The notes under the pieces are model-generated. The model was not told where the DNA came from. It did not search any database and saw only the letters and a program-made list of their open reading frames with translations. A program made the position numbers and the translations under genes. From positions 620,001-684,000 of the forward strand of contig CBFDEM010000032.1 in NCBI GenBank assembly GCA_965603825.1: a stretch of 64,000 bases of DNA, in the 5' to 3' direction. This document shows positions 25,949 to 39,619 of this stretch, in pieces. The stretch is from Blepharisma stoltei ATCC 30299. Taxonomy: Eukaryota; Protista; Ciliophora. Position 1 is the first letter of the stretch, and each line of letters opens with the position of its first letter.

Positions 25949-27010
25949 ATGAACAAGTTTTACTTCGAAGAAAGTGAAAGACCAAGCAACAAGAAGAAGG
26001 TTTTACTCGGAGCTTTCGCAGTTCTCGCAATTGTAGGTGTAGTTGCTACAGTCGCAGTTCTTTCTAGCAGCTCATCCAACGAATATGCCCTTAGGCAATA
26101 TGAGATCGACGAGCAAGAATTTTTCGGCTTCATCGCCAAATTCAACAAAGTTTACAAAGATATGGACGAATTCCAAGCCAGATTCAGAATTTTCAGAGAC
26201 AACGCTGCCTATGCCAGAGTCCACAACACCTTAGGAAGATCATACCTTCTCGGCATCACCCAATTCGCTGACTTAACCCACGACGAGTTCTCAGCTCTTT
26301 ACACCCCTAATAAATATCAGCCATCTGAAGAAACTGCTGATTTCACCCCAGACCTCAGTGCTCTTCCTTCACAAGTTGACTGGAGAACCAAAGGTGCAGT
26401 GACTGCAATTAAAAACCAAGGACAATGTGGATCATGCTGGTCATTTGCCACCACTGGAGCCGTTGAAGGTACTTGGTTCCTTGCAGGCCACACCTTAGTA
26501 TCACTTTCTGAACAAGAACTTATGGACTGTTCAAGCAAGTACGGAAACCAAGGATGCGATGGAGGTCTCGCCACCAATGCTTTCAAATATGTTGTAGTTA
26601 ATGGCTTAACCACTGAGGCTAACTATCCTTATGAAATGAAAGTTGGAACCTGTAACGACTCAAAAGTCAAACAAGTCGCAGCCAAAATTTCAAGCTACTC
26701 AATTGTAGCTGCTAATGAACCAAATGCACTTATGTCAGCTGTTGTTGGAAGACCTGTAGCTGTTGGAGTTCAAGCTAACCAAGCTGCTTGGCAACATTAT
26801 GTTGGAGGAATTGTGACCAGCGACTGTGGAACTAGCCTTGACCACGCTGTACTTGTGGTTGGATACAATAACGCTAACTCACCACCTTATTGGATTGTTA
26901 AAAACTCTTGGGGAGCAAGCTGGGGTGAGGACGGATACATTAGAATTGGAATCACCACTGGATATGGAATTTGCGGAATTAACATGAACCCTTCATTCCC
27001 TAACGCTTAA
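25949..27010 (+). CDS. Cathepsin L-like papain (C1A) cysteine protease with I29 prodomain and N-terminal signal anchor
   Basis: QGQCGSCW, LDHAV, KNSWG; ERFNIN-like and GITQFADL prodomain; strong codon bias. Confidence 0.97.
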   Translation: MNKFYFEESERPSNKKKVLLGAFAVLAIVGVVATVAVLSSSSSNEYALRQYEIDEQEFFGFIAKFNKVYKDMDEFQARFRIFRDNAAYARVHNTLGRSYLLGITQFADLTHDEFSALYTPNKYQPSEETADFTPDLSALPSQVDWRTKGAVTAIKNQGQCGSCWSFATTGAVEGTWFLAGHTLVSLSEQELMDCSSKYGNQGCDGGLATNAFKYVVVNGLTTEANYPYEMKVGTCNDSKVKQVAAKISSYSIVAANEPNALMSAVVGRPVAVGVQANQAAWQHYVGGIVTSDCGTSLDHAVLVVGYNNANSPPYWIVKNSWGASWGEDGYIRIGITTGYGICGINMNPSFPNA

Positions 27011-27970
27011 GTTAAAGTTCATTTATTTTAATAATCTTTGAAATATTGTTTAGAATAAATACAGGATAAATAGTCAATTTATTAATGGAAAAGCATTTAA
27101 TTGTAGAGGATCATAAAATAATCTTAAAGAATGAAGCGATTTAAAATTTAATTTGAAATATATGTAAAAATATTATATCTTTATTTGTGATTTTTATGAT
27201 TTAAATATCTTTAACGAGGATGATTCAAATTAAATTTTAAATGTTAAAATTTTATGGAAAATATCAAATAACACATATTATTGATACTTTTTGAAAACTA
27301 ATTTATATTGGGCCACGAAATTATGCAATTATTGAATTTTAATAAAAATAGTTCAAGGTATTTTGGCTTAGAAGATCTTGCTGCGGCCTGAAGATAGAAA
27401 CCTGGCAGGAAGCAAAGTCTATAGATACTCAACATTAGTTTTCGATTGGGCTTTTCCTCCCTTGCCTGCTACCCAAGACTTAAACTCAATGGGCACTGGA
27501 AACATCAAATCTGAAATTAGAGATTTAATTTATAAGTATATAAAATATTGTTTATCATCAAATGCGATCGTATTTTCTAATTTTAAATAGAATGATACCT
27601 ATAAGAGTAATTTTATTAAGCTTAAATGGGCAAATATTTATTGGCAATTGGCAATATTATAAATACCCAAATATCCATGCTTAAATTCAAACTTATCTAT
27701 TTTTGTTATAAAAATAAAATAATTAAATTATTTTTTCAAGCATAATTTATACGATTAAAATTTATTTTATTGCTTTAGCTGATCTTTGTTATGCATAGAA
27801 TTTCATTTTCCGTTTTTTTAAATTCTCACCATTATCAAATATTTTACCATTACCCAACTTTATCTATTGTGCTAGTTCTGCACAAGATAAAACAAAGTAA
27901 AATCTGATCAATTTACTTATTAATTTCAAAATAGAACTGGGAAATGCATTACTAAAAATAAAATAAAGTT

Positions 27971-30900
27971 ATGTCAATTGACTTCGTTAGCACATCTATA
28001 GATAAAGAGCAGGAAGATCAAGTTGAAATGTCTGGTTTGGACAAAATTTATCTGAAAAAGCTTAATAAGGCAAGTTTAAAAAGCTCGGTGTTTGAATTAT
28101 TCCATTTGATATATTTTAATCACCAGTCATCTAAGCCGATAAGTCTTAAAAAGAAAATTATTTTTGCACTTCTTCAATTTTTCATGAGTTTTCAACTAAT
28201 TACATTACTATGGATCCCCAAGGTTCCAATTTACCACTGGAAAAATAATTATACTATTTGAGAAATAGCTGGCTACTTAAGATTAGATAATATTGGCTCA
28301 GATCTGAATATAATGACTGAGTGCATTTATGGAGCTATTATTTTAATATCAGTTAGTTTTTTTATAATTGGAATTTTCGTGATTTTGACGTTTTGCAGAG
28401 TCAAGATTCCTGAAATTATTTTGCAAATGCTAAAGGGTTGATTAAATGCGTTATCTACAGTTTTTTTTATTCCTTCTGTAAATATTCTTTGCAAAACTCT
28501 AAAATATTATATAAAACCTACAAGTGATCTCTCAGATTATGAATACCCTGTCACAAATGATGATTTTCAAGTAAATATAGGAGTTGCATGCTCTATTCCT
28601 GTCATTCTTTTGGTGATATTTGTAATTTTATTCATCAAAACTTCATGCTCAGCAGAAATTAGGCATTCATTGTCTGAGCTAAGTGTCGACAGTCAAGCAC
28701 ACTCAAAAATTGAATTAAAATCAACTATTCTTACAATATTTTTAATTATTTTGAATACAATTTTAGTTCCTGATCATCTGATTTTTTACCAAGTAATATC
28801 ATTAATTACATCTATGTTCTGTGCTATAAATTCACTTATCTTTCAGCCATATTTTTCAAAGTTTGCAAATATAGTTTTGGCTGCTAGATATTTCACAGAA
28901 GCTTGTGCAGCAATAATTTTTCTTATAGGCGCTATTTTTGATAGCTCGGTTTTGATGGTTTATTTATCAATATTTGTCCTTCCGTCTACTGTCTCTATTT
29001 TAATTAGATTTTTCTTGTTTTCAAAACGGTCGCAAAATCCTGGAAATTATAGTAGCATTAACTGCTTTAGCAGTATTTATGATTTCGAGCTTAAAATAAG
29101 ACCTTATTTAATAAAAGGAAACTCAGATGAAAAAGAAGAAATAATCAAATTATTTTCACAGTGCACAGACACAAAAGGCTTCCGCGAAAGCAAATTATTG
29201 ATTATATGAGAAGCAAATTATTGCCATTTTTCATTGAAAGACGAAACCTTGGCAAAGGTAAAACTGTGCAAAACTAAAAACTGCGATTGAAGCTTGGAAA
29301 ATGATTTTCAAGAATTTAGGTGTAGAAAAGAGCTTTCTGAAATGGAAAGCAGCGAAGAAGCTAAATATTTAACTTTTTTGGAAAAAATAGAGACAGCTAA
29401 GACTGCTGATAGGATTTTATGTTTTGATTTGTTGAATATATGAAATGAGGTTACTTCAAAAAGTCCAAGCCTTAAGAAGTTGACTGATATTACAGGAAAA
29501 GTATATGAAGGTATTGAAAAACTCCATACAGTATATTCATATCTTTTAACACAATTCCCTACTAGTACTGAACCATTGATTCTATATGGAACACTCTTAA
29601 ACACAATAATGCTAGACAAGGAGAAATCTATGGCTATGCTAAGTAAGCAAGAGTCTCTGCAGAAAACTAGAAATTTCTTCCGAGAATCCCAAAAACTCAG
29701 CTGCTTTGATGAATCTGTTGGAATACTTCTGATCTCAATAGATGACCAGTCATTTGGTGACATTTATTTTTCAAATACCCGAAGCACTTACATTTTAAAG
29801 CAACAAATGAATCAAATAATCGGCGCCAATATCTCCAATTTTATTCCTCCACCCTACAACAAAAATTTGCAACTATCATTAACCTCTTACATTAATGAAC
29901 TTAGCCATTCCGAAATTTATTTACCAGAAACTTTATTTGTCCTTGACGGCAATAATCTTATCATAGAGTGCTGTATAAAAGTTGTGGTTTCTGCATTATT
30001 TAACAATGAATTTATGCTATTTTTAATAAAGGAAAAAGAAATAACCTATCAATTTGCAATTTATTCAGACAATGGAGAAATCTTAGCCCATAGTGAATTT
30101 TTTGGAAAATATATGGGATTAGAAAATAAATCTTTAAAAGGGTGAAATCTTGATTCACTGATTCCAAATTTTCCATTTTCTGAGCTTACCGAAAATCGTC
30201 CTTATGATATTATTAATAATGGAAAAGAAATTACTCTTATTATCAGTTGCAAAGAAATTGAGGGACTTAGGATCAAGTATATTCAACTGCTGCATGATCC
30301 AATAACATCTCCAGTTAAGCTTGATAATGAAGTAGAGGAAATAGAAGAATCAAATCCTCCGCCGCTGAATAAAAAAACAACTTTTGTCAGTACTGGATTG
30401 GATGATACTATTATTGAAGAAGAAAATGTTACAAAAGTCCGTCATAGCGAGCAAAATAATTTATTTTCTGAAACAGGCATTATGCTTCCTTATGAAAATA
30501 AAAAACTAAGCCTAGCAACTGATAAAAATGATAAATCTTTTCAGTCAACGACCATTTCTTCTAGTAACTCTGGGAATATTTTGGGCAAAAAATTAGTCGC
30601 TATTTCATCAAGATCAATAAAAATCTTCAATTATACACTCATATTATCAGTAATTTATATGTAGATTTTAGCAATAATTATCACAAATTGTATAGTCCTC
30701 TATTATACCAGTACCGAAGTCAATAAAGCTAAAGATTTAAGCTTATTAATAACGCTTGGAAAAATCACTGCATCTATGGCTTCAATCGCAAATCAAGCTA
30801 GATCTATTGAGATATCACGAAAATTAAAAATTGACACTTATATCTCTTATTATGAAAACAGCATTCAGAATAATATAAATTATTTAATTAGCACCAATGC

Positions 30901-32197
30901 CCATCTTCTTGAAAATGTTACGTCCTGGTCTCAATGTTCTGGCATAGGAATTTTCACTGAAAATGAAATAGATATATGAGATGCAGATGGAACCGGCATG
31001 AGTAAAGCGAACCTTATTGATACAATTTCAAAGTTTGCAGCGAAAGCGACTGGCTTCATAAGTGAGTTTCTTGAAGAGGATGACTATAAAACATTTATCG
31101 GATTTTTAGCTGCAAATGGGCTTGGAAATGCTCATAGACAAATTAAAAATACGATATCAAGCATTGTTGATTGTGAACAGGACAATGTCCATGAATTGAC
31201 TTTAAAAGTCTCATTTTTGCTTGGAATAGGATTTGGGGTCCTCGTGCTGTGTGTAATTATTATGATTCCTTTTATATGCTCAATTGATAATGTTTTAAAT
31301 ACTTTTTGGAATAAAATAAAAAGCAATGCTTATCAATCCTATTTTGATTTGCGGCAAGCTTGCATTGATAGATTATCTGATTTTCATGGCCAAACCATGA
31401 TTACTAGACCTGAAAATAGCAAAAAATTAGTAAACCAGGCTGTCAAGTTTACTAACGCTTGAAGCTATATTATCCGGCTATGCATGTCTCTTGTTGCAGC
31501 ATTTCTTTTTTTTATGGTAAATTTAAATGTCCTTTATAAAGAATGTGAAAGCTCATTAAATTTAAGACCTGAACTGTTAGAAACAGCTATAAATAGAAGA
31601 CTCTTGGTGACTGAAGTTGCCTTTTGAGGAAGAGAAAAATTATTTAAAGCCTCTGAGTACCAGTTGGTAAGTTTTCTTAATGAGTCTTATCCTTTTGAAG
31701 ACGCAGATTATGAGCTTAAGAAAGTAATGGACAATATCAAGGATACCAATAGTTATATTCGGAAATCAAAAACTTCAGATTTACTATCAAAAAGCTTAGA
31801 AAAACAATTATATGAGAGTATTGATAATCCGGAAACAAATAAAGAAACTTATGGAACCTATGGGTCTATGAATATTCATGCTCTCGAAGCTTTATATTAT
31901 TCGTATTCTCTTAGCAATGACAGTATTAGTTCATGAGTAAACGATTATTATGAAATAAATATGTTGCGTGACCAATATAACCAATTCATTGATTCATCAA
32001 ACTCAGATTCTGAAGCAATAATCGAACAGCAATTTACCTTTATTATTTTGATAGCAGCATTTTATATGCTATTACTATTAAGCTTGTATATTTTTGTATA
32101 TGCACCATTTTTGAGAAGGGAAACTCAAAAGCTAAAAAAAATGCGTACACTTTTAGCATTAATTCCTATTCAGAGCTTGGAAAAGTGTAATACTTAG
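27971..32197 (+). CDS. Large multi-TM PAS-domain protein (TmcB/TmcC-like), ~1400 aa
   Basis: Eight ORF fragments share one frame, joined by TGAs and a 15-nt intron; N-terminal TM bundle, PAS-like segment (IYFSN...IIGANISNFIPPPY), C-terminal TMs ending LLALIP. Confidence 0.75.
30650..30664 (+). other. 15-nt intron GTAATTTATATGTAG
   Basis: Removes an in-frame TAG inside a TM-coding segment; A at -6. Confidence 0.9.
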
Positions 32198-32334
32198 ATT
32201 AAAATTTAACTCTGATAATCGGGTATTTTATAATTATCTAGTAAATAATTAGTCATTACTTATTTTTAAAATGAGTGATTTAGAAATATTATTAAATGCT
32301 AAACATTATGATGATATTTCTGATATTCTTAGTT

Positions 32335-32748
32335 TTATTTATTTCTTCTATCTCTGGAATAATCCGCAAATGTTATTGTATGGCTACCTTTGACTCTATT
32401 CATGGTTTCCATCCATTCTTGGGTTGTTCCACAGGGATCACAAAATATCGCTCCCAAAAGGCTTGTAAATATATTATCTTTTAGTCCCAAATTTTTTGCC
32501 AACCTATGAGTGTTATAAACACTCCCATAGCAGCAGAGAGCAAGTGAGCAAAAGCAAGCGACACAGGCTGCATTCTTATTTTCAGGCTCAGCAGTTTGTG
32601 CTATTGCTGCCTGCATGCAGTCTCCACCAAAAGGAATGCATATTGCTCATATAAACATCATAGGATTCTTACAACAGTCGAAAAGCCCAAATTCCCAGTC
32701 AGAAATTTCTTTTCCTCCTGATTTCACAAGTGGGAGAGAATTAGACAT
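32335..32748 (-). CDS. PLAC8 family Cys-rich protein
   Basis: DWEFGLFDCCKNP..W(TGA)AICIP, ALCCYG, FCDPCGTTQEW; ATG at 32748. Confidence 0.85.
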
Positions 32749-32987
32749 TATATTGATACAACATGTTATAAACTGAGGTGAAAATAAATGATTCAACAAT
32801 ATAAAAGATATATATTATAGATTTGATTATTTTATTATTATAAAAGTAGGGTATAAAATTATATTATTGGGAGGAGAAACAAGCTAAAAAATATTGCATT
32901 CGTTTGTGGAAATTTATTAAAAAGAAGAAATTGAGAGGATTTGATAAAGTTACAGTTAGGTTAGATCAGCAAAATGTTTTATTTTAT

Positions 32988-33686
32988 TTAACCTAAAGCT
33001 ATAGGCACAGCAATCACTGCTCCCAAAACGGCGACAACAACGACCACAATGCCTAAAATACAATAAAGCTTGTTTTTACTCTTTTTTTGATAATTTTCTG
33101 CTTTATCCAGTTCGACCACTGCTCTTCCTGTTTCTTTCACTGCAACGTCCACATTATTTTCAGCTGAATCCAGCATAGCTCCTTGTTCCACAACCATATT
33201 GCTCACATCTTTAAACATAGCATTAACCGTAATCATGTCTTTTTCCAGCTGCTGTACCTCTTCCATCCTATCTCTAAGCAGAGCTTCATCAAGCCCTCCT
33301 ACGCTTCTAAAGGATTCTTCAGCCTGTTCTTGCTCATAACCCTGTTGCGTCTTTTCTTCCTCAACATATGTTTTTTGCTTCTCCAATGAAACCTGGCAAA
33401 GATTTTGAAACTGCTTGGACAGGGCTTCGAATTCCTTGGCAAGTTTATCGTGCTGAGGTTTTTCAGCACGAGATGGTGGTTTTTCTTTGAAAGATCTTAT
33501 GATTCTTTTACAGAGATCAATTGCATCTTCACGTTCTTTTGTAATTGAGCTGTGTAATTTTGGGTTGTCCTTGGCACTGCCAAGCTGAGCTGATAAATCT
33601 TTGAGCTTTTTTATGCGCTGGTTGAACTCTCTGACCATCATGGCTTGCTCTTGAAGAGCAGATTGAGAGTTATTGTAAGTAGACAT
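32988..33686 (-). CDS. Qa-SNARE syntaxin (endosomal STX7/12/Pep12-like)
   Basis: Habc with LGSAKDN, SNARE motif with MVVEQGAMLD, C-terminal TM; ATG at MSTYNN. Confidence 0.9.
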   Translation of the reverse strand: MSTYNNSQSALQEQAMMVREFNQRIKKLKDLSAQLGSAKDNPKLHSSITKEREDAIDLCKRIIRSFKEKPPSRAEKPQHDKLAKEFEALSKQFQNLCQVSLEKQKTYVEEEKTQQGYEQEQAEESFRSVGGLDEALLRDRMEEVQQLEKDMITVNAMFKDVSNMVVEQGAMLDSAENNVDVAVKETGRAVVELDKAENYQKKSKNKLYCILGIVVVVVAVLGAVIAVPIALG

Positions 33687-33956
33687 TTTAATATGCAACA
33701 AGAGTAATGACTTTAAGGCTATGTCATGTTTTATTTTAATTCTTAGTAAAATGATAAAGATATGTGATAATTATAAATCTATTTAAATATTAATCAGATT
33801 CTCGATAATCACGATGAATTCAAATCAATTATATTTTATGCTTAAAGGCTCAAAAATTCGAGTATAATAAGGATAGAGTGAAATACTTTAATAATCAATA
33901 CATGTGATTAAAATTTTGAATTTTTGTGATCAACCATAATTTGGTCATTAATAGAA

Positions 33957-34796
33957 ATGGAGAGCGTCTATGATGCAAATCATGCAATATATAACGAACA
34001 ACTGAAATCTGGTCGCAGATATTATTGTGAGGAATATAACGTTATCAAAGAATTAGCATTAAACAGAGAATTCTCAGATAATTGCTTAGAAAACATGAGA
34101 ATCCTCGATCTTGGCTGTGGTTCAGGAGAATTTGTGGCACACATGATTCAAAAAGGAGCCCAGACTGCAATTGGTATTGATATTTCTCAAAAAATGATTG
34201 ATGACGCCAATAATTTACTTTCCAGCCAGCCACAGCTATCATCACGTTTTTCATTCGCTAAAGCAAATTGTTTTTCCATCGAAAATGTGCAAGAAATTTT
34301 GCCTCTTGAAAAATACGCTGGCTATTTTGACGCAATTACTTCAATATTTTTACTATGCTATGCCCAAAGTGAAAGAGAATTAAACGATTTGTTTTGCCTT
34401 TGCAATAAATATTTAAAGGAAAATGGAACTTTTGCCTTTATCACAACAAATCCAAGAATTGCATTAGAATTTCCAGAATACCAAGAAAAAACCAAGACTG
34501 GAGGGTTTAGGCTGTTAAGTTTACAAGAAAATAATGGCTTGCCTTTGCTTGAAGGAGGATTTTGCGATATTGATACAAATGAGCTAAGATTTACAGTCAG
34601 CAATATAATTTATTCAAGAGCACAAATCCAATCTGCATCAGAGCAAAATGGCTTTGAAATAGAGACAACTTTTTATCCTGCTTTTCACCCAGACTTTGAC
34701 ATTACTAGCCTTTCTACTAGGATAAGCATTGATTTTCTCAACGGAAACGACTCAATCAGTTTCTTTTTTAAAGCCAAAAAAGTTCGCTCTTTATAG
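33957..34796 (+). CDS. Class I SAM-dependent methyltransferase
   Basis: ILDLGCGSG, IGIDISQKMI, FDAITS, LKENG. Confidence 0.9.
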   Translation: MESVYDANHAIYNEQLKSGRRYYCEEYNVIKELALNREFSDNCLENMRILDLGCGSGEFVAHMIQKGAQTAIGIDISQKMIDDANNLLSSQPQLSSRFSFAKANCFSIENVQEILPLEKYAGYFDAITSIFLLCYAQSERELNDLFCLCNKYLKENGTFAFITTNPRIALEFPEYQEKTKTGGFRLLSLQENNGLPLLEGGFCDIDTNELRFTVSNIIYSRAQIQSASEQNGFEIETTFYPAFHPDFDITSLSTRISIDFLNGNDSISFFFKAKKVRSL

Positions 34797-34841
34797 GTTT
34801 AAGCTAAATCTTTAAATAAAAATTATTTATGTAAGATATAA

Positions 34842-36035
34842 ATGAGTAATATAATGGATACTATACAGTCAAACACAAATCCAAGTACTAAAGGAGACAC
34901 AATAACTTGTCTTAAGTTCAGCCGCGATGGAGATCTTCTTGCTATTGGGGATGGAGAAGGAATTATACATTTATTGAAATCAGATTTTCGAGAGGTTGGA
35001 CAGATTGAAGCTCATTCTACAGACTTGGATAGTTATAAAAAACCTGTAGTGTCCCCTTGTGTCAGGAACCTGGAATTTTTACATAGCCATGGCTCCAGGG
35101 CTTCTTTGTTTTCCTCTAACGAAAAAACTATAAAACTGTGAAAAATATTTCCAGTCCACAATAAAATTACGGAATTTAATACCTGAGAAGATGGAGAAAA
35201 GCTTGAAGAGGAAGAATGGCTTAGTAGAACACATAATAAATTAATTATCCCATCAAGAAGAGCTTCACAAGAGTCTTTAGAATCGAAATGTGTAACTCAA
35301 TTTTTGGGTGCTCATCAATGCTACATAAACTCTGTTTCTTTGTGCTCAAATTATCAAAATTTTGTATCAGCAGACGATTTAAAAATTTTTTTATGAGATA
35401 TAAATCGAAACGACACAGCTTTTTTACTAGTAGACCAACGTGAGTCGGTTAAGCCTATAAGTGAAGTAATCACCTCTGTCAAATGCCACCAAAGCAACTC
35501 ACACATTGTGCTGTGGACCAGCACAAATGGAACTATAAGAATAGGCGATTTACGAGACAGGAGTATATGTGATAACCCTGCTGAAATATTTAAATATTCT
35601 TCTCGATCGAATGGCTTTTTTGATGAGCTGGTCCTGGCTATATCAAGTGCTGATTTTTGCCAAAGCATGGACTATATAGTCGCTAGGGACTATTTTACCG
35701 TGAAATACTGAGATATGAGGAACTGCAGCAGCCCTGCTGTCATTGTTGATGTAATGAGTAATTTGCAAAGAGACATGAACGATTTATATCAGAGTCAAGA
35801 CATTTGTGCGAAATTTGAGGTAAAAGATTTTCCAAGCTCGGAGTACTGTGTGACAGGGGGGTATTCGGAAGTGATTATGATTAGCAGGATGGGAGAAATT
35901 TTGAATAGAATAAATGTTACAGATACTGATGAAGAAATTTTGCATATGGATGTGCATCCGAAAAGCGAAAGCGTAGTGTTTGCGTGTGATGATAGGATTA
36001 ATCAATATATATTTAATGATATTTTATTGCAGTAG
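34842..36035 (+). CDS. Divergent PP2A B55 (Cdc55/PPP2R2)-like WD40 regulatory subunit
   Basis: SNEKTIKLW(TGA)K, HQCYINSVS..VSADDLKIFLW(TGA)D, GTIRIGDLR, ARDYFTVKYW(TGA)DM, DICAKFE. Confidence 0.85.
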
Positions 36036-36423
36036 ATGATTTTAGTCCTATAAAAGTAAAGAGTAAAAGGTTAGATTTTATCGTAAATAAGTAATATTAG
36101 GAGTAATGAAAATTAAGCTGAAATTTGCAAATATCGAAGATTGGACTTGCTTTGTTAAGCCAGAACTTGAGAAAATCCACCTAGTCTTAGGATTTGAGTC
36201 AATAGCTTTAATTTTTGTATAGCTGAAATAATGTCAAAAATAGGGATGTTTTCTTGGATGGCGAAACAAACTAATTTTCTGTATGCTAGATAATAATTTC
36301 TATCTTTGATAATATTTATATCTTCAGCAATTTTAATAAACATCTCTAATATAATTAAAGATTATTATCTATACACCTTTCTGTACCTTTAACGGATTAC
36401 TCTGTATTTTATCATAAATTAAT

Positions 36424-38583
36424 ATGGACTACTTCAACCAAGCTCATATACAGCAGAGCAGTGAAGAATCTCACGAGCTTTGACCTCCACTTAGTGCTAA
36501 AGACCGTGTCAATGAAGTCAAAATTTTGAAAGCTGGAATTACAATTAAAAATATTTTCTTTCGACGCTTATCAAGACGAGAAGCTTTTGCGAAATGAAAA
36601 GAAACAAGAACATCATACTGGTTCCAGAAGTTTAAATCAATGCTTGATGAAATCTCGAAAGAGCGTGATAGCTTGATGCAGGAAAATAGAGATCTCTTTT
36701 TAGCGTTAAAAAATGAAGATAGCTCTAGTTCAGAAGAAAATAATACTCATAAATCGGAAAGAATTTCTTTGGAACTGCCAAATATAGAAACTAATACAGT
36801 TCAAGAACTTTTTTCGGAGCTAGAACAGTTTATGGGGATTTTAAAACAAAAGAAATTTGTGCTGGATAGAGAATGGGTTAGGCTTAAAGAGGAGAAAGCA
36901 AAACGCTCGAGTAGAAGAAGGACAGAAAAAGATGATTTACAGCATATACACCAAATTAATGAAAGCATTGAAGCTCATGAAAGAAAACTGACTGAGAACT
37001 TAATGAATTACTCAATGAAATTAGAACGGCAAAGATCACATGAAGATGATGTAGAAAGAGGCCACTTCCCCACAAAATCAGCCCAATTCCAAAGCCCATC
37101 CAAGCTAAGCGAAAATCTAGACAAATTCAAAAGCAGCCTATTTCGTGGCTCAGACCCAACAGATTTCTGGGCAAGTGCTCCAAAAACAGATATTAATGAA
37201 AAATTAAAAACTCTTGAACAAGAGCTAATTAAAGAGCAGCAAAAACAAAAAGCCAACCGAGACAGACTTCAGCAAGAATATCAATTATTAGCACGAGAAA
37301 AAAAAGAAATCAAAGTAAAAGAGGAAGAATTAAAGGAATATCAAAGCTTTTTAGAAAGAGAAGGAAAACACATTCAAAAAAGCTGGCTTGAGCTCAGCCA
37401 ACTAGCTGATTCTTTAGAAACTAAACAAGGAGCGAAGCTGAAATGTTTGGCTGATAAAAGATGCCAAAGCTGGGACTGTTTTTCTAGTAAGCTATCAGAA
37501 TCTAGCTTTATTCAGCTTGAAGAAGGAGGAATTAACAACAAAGGATGAGATGAAAATATTTCCCCAAAAGAAAACGAAATTTTTGTGACTGACCAAGTAA
37601 TTCCTAAAGACTATTTTTTCACTGAATCGGTGTCAAAAATTGATCCTATTCATGATATTAAAATTGAGCCTGATGAAAGCTTTTCCCCTTATAAGCCTCT
37701 TCATTTTGAAATTACTCAATCTAAAAACAGCACTATTACTGGATTTTTGAAACAAATAAAAAATGATCTTCTGATACAATGAATAAAATATTCTCAAAAA
37801 TCAAATTATCGAATTGCGTTTTATTTATGAAAATATAATTGTTTAAAAGATAAAAATGAAAGCCCAAGAGAAGTTTTGTTAGATATATTATGACTAAAAC
37901 GACGCAAAGAGCTTAAGGCACAAGGACTGCTTACTATTGTAAAAAATATTTAGGAAAATTACAGTAAAAAACGAAGAGAATTCGAAACTAGTGCTTTTGC
38001 AAAAAAACAAAAAAAATTATTCCAAACCCATACCCTTCGAGTTCTAAAAGCTACCACAAGGCATTGGAGGCAGAGGATTTTATTTTTGATTAAAAAATAC
38101 CTTTACAAATGATTCTCAAACTCACTTTCCAATAAATCCAGTGAGCTTTGTGTGACGTTAAAAAATATCCCTCCTTCTAATCCGCCTCAAAACCAGGTTT
38201 TAAGTGTCACTACTTTAAGGGCAGATTTATCAAACAGCTCTGTATTTGATTTAAGTGCTATCACTTTACATGAAAAAAATGTCGGGATTATTAAATTTAT
38301 CTGCTTTTTGTCAAAAATTCAAGGAAAGCAAGAAAGAAATATAAATATAAGATTCAATAAATGGAATGCTTCAACAAAGAAAAAAAGCTTTGAGAATATG
38401 AAATCGGTACTTAAAGAGTTCGAAAATAGGATATCAACATTGAAAATTCAAGATACTGCATTTAGAACTGAAATTATTATACAGCAGAAAAAGCTTGAAT
38501 CTAAGCTCTCACAAATGAAAACTGTGCTGAAAAATTTGGCAGCTTGCAGTTCAACAAATAATTCCAATGCAAAAATTCAATAA
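36424..38583 (+). CDS. Long coiled-coil protein with scattered F/LxxW motifs (possible Sfi1-like centrin-binding repeats)
   Basis: One frame from ATG 36424 via several TGAs and intron 37939-37953 to TAA 38581. Confidence 0.7.
37939..37953 (+). other. 15-nt intron GTAAAAAATATTTAG
   Basis: Removes an in-frame TAG; A at -6. Confidence 0.88.
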
Positions 38584-38923
38584 TTATGTTTTAATTTATA
38601 ATTTGCTATTTTTTTATAAATTCATTTACAATTTAAAATGGCAGTTCATCCCAGTGAAGAGAATCTTTGATATTTGAAGGTTTATCAAAAATAGATTCAT
38701 CCGCAGGAATTGATGAGAAACCTGTTCAATATCCTTTCTGCTTAAAAGTTTATGATTAAGGAGAAATTAAAAAAATATTAAAATATTTTTGAATGTTACA
38801 GTAAATTTTAGCTTCCAATCATGAAAATTTTTAGAGCTTGTAACACTAAATTAATATCTTTATTTAAATTAGCACATATTTAAATTTCATTACTCTAATA
38901 AAAATTATAAATAAAAAAAATTT

Positions 38924-39619
38924 ATGAAAATCTATATAGAGCTGATTAAAAGAATTGAAGAAGGAAACAGCTTAGAAATAGCTGCCAAAAATTTAAAGCC
39001 TAAGCTTGTCCACATTATTGAGACAATTAAACAAGAAATTGATTTATTAAAGCAACAAGAAATTTTGCTTCAGATAGCTTGTAACCACTACGATGGATTA
39101 GCTCAGAAATTTCCAGATAGAGTGAGTTTCTTAAATGATGTCTCTAGAGCTGACATGTGTGAGGTTCGTTCATTAGCCCAACCTCATATGCTTGTCCAAA
39201 TGGTAGCTGAGGGAGTCGGCATTCTACTGAATGAAAAAGAAAAATGAAATTCTTTTTATCAAAAGCTTCCTAATGGAGTATCAGCTTTATTGGATGTTGA
39301 ATATAATCAACTTTCTGAGCAAATCCTATATGATTTAGGAACGATTGTTAATGCCTATAGAAATAACACCAGGGCTTTTTATATGGTATCTAGAGCTACA
39401 GCAAAATTATTCTGCTTTTTATTAGCTACTTATGACTTAGCAATTACAATTAGAGATAATTTCCCACAGTTTACAAGCTTCAAAGATATTGATAGACTTG
39501 CAAGAAAAGAGCTTTTTGAATATAGCAACTTGGAAGCTGTTAGAAATAAAATAAAGAATAAAGAAATGGAGTTAGATTTATTGATACAATCGGACTTAAA
39601 GTTATCCAAAATATTATAG
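38924..39619 (+). CDS. Stand-alone dynein stalk/microtubule-binding-domain-like protein, copy A (231 aa)
   Basis: Coiled coil-FP-..DMCEVRSLAQP.MLVQMVAEGVGILLNEKEKW(TGA)...LLDVEYNQLSEQ...VSRATAKLFCF...FP-coiled coil. Confidence 0.75.

Noticed and set aside
27360-27380. U2 snRNA-like ttttggcttagaagatc
   Set aside because: Lacks the GTGTAGTA branch-pairing sequence and stem I
27971-32197. Fragmented ORFs (also CSB, ALG10, B55, kelch) as pseudogenes
   Set aside because: Fragments are in one frame and separated only by TGA or 15-nt introns
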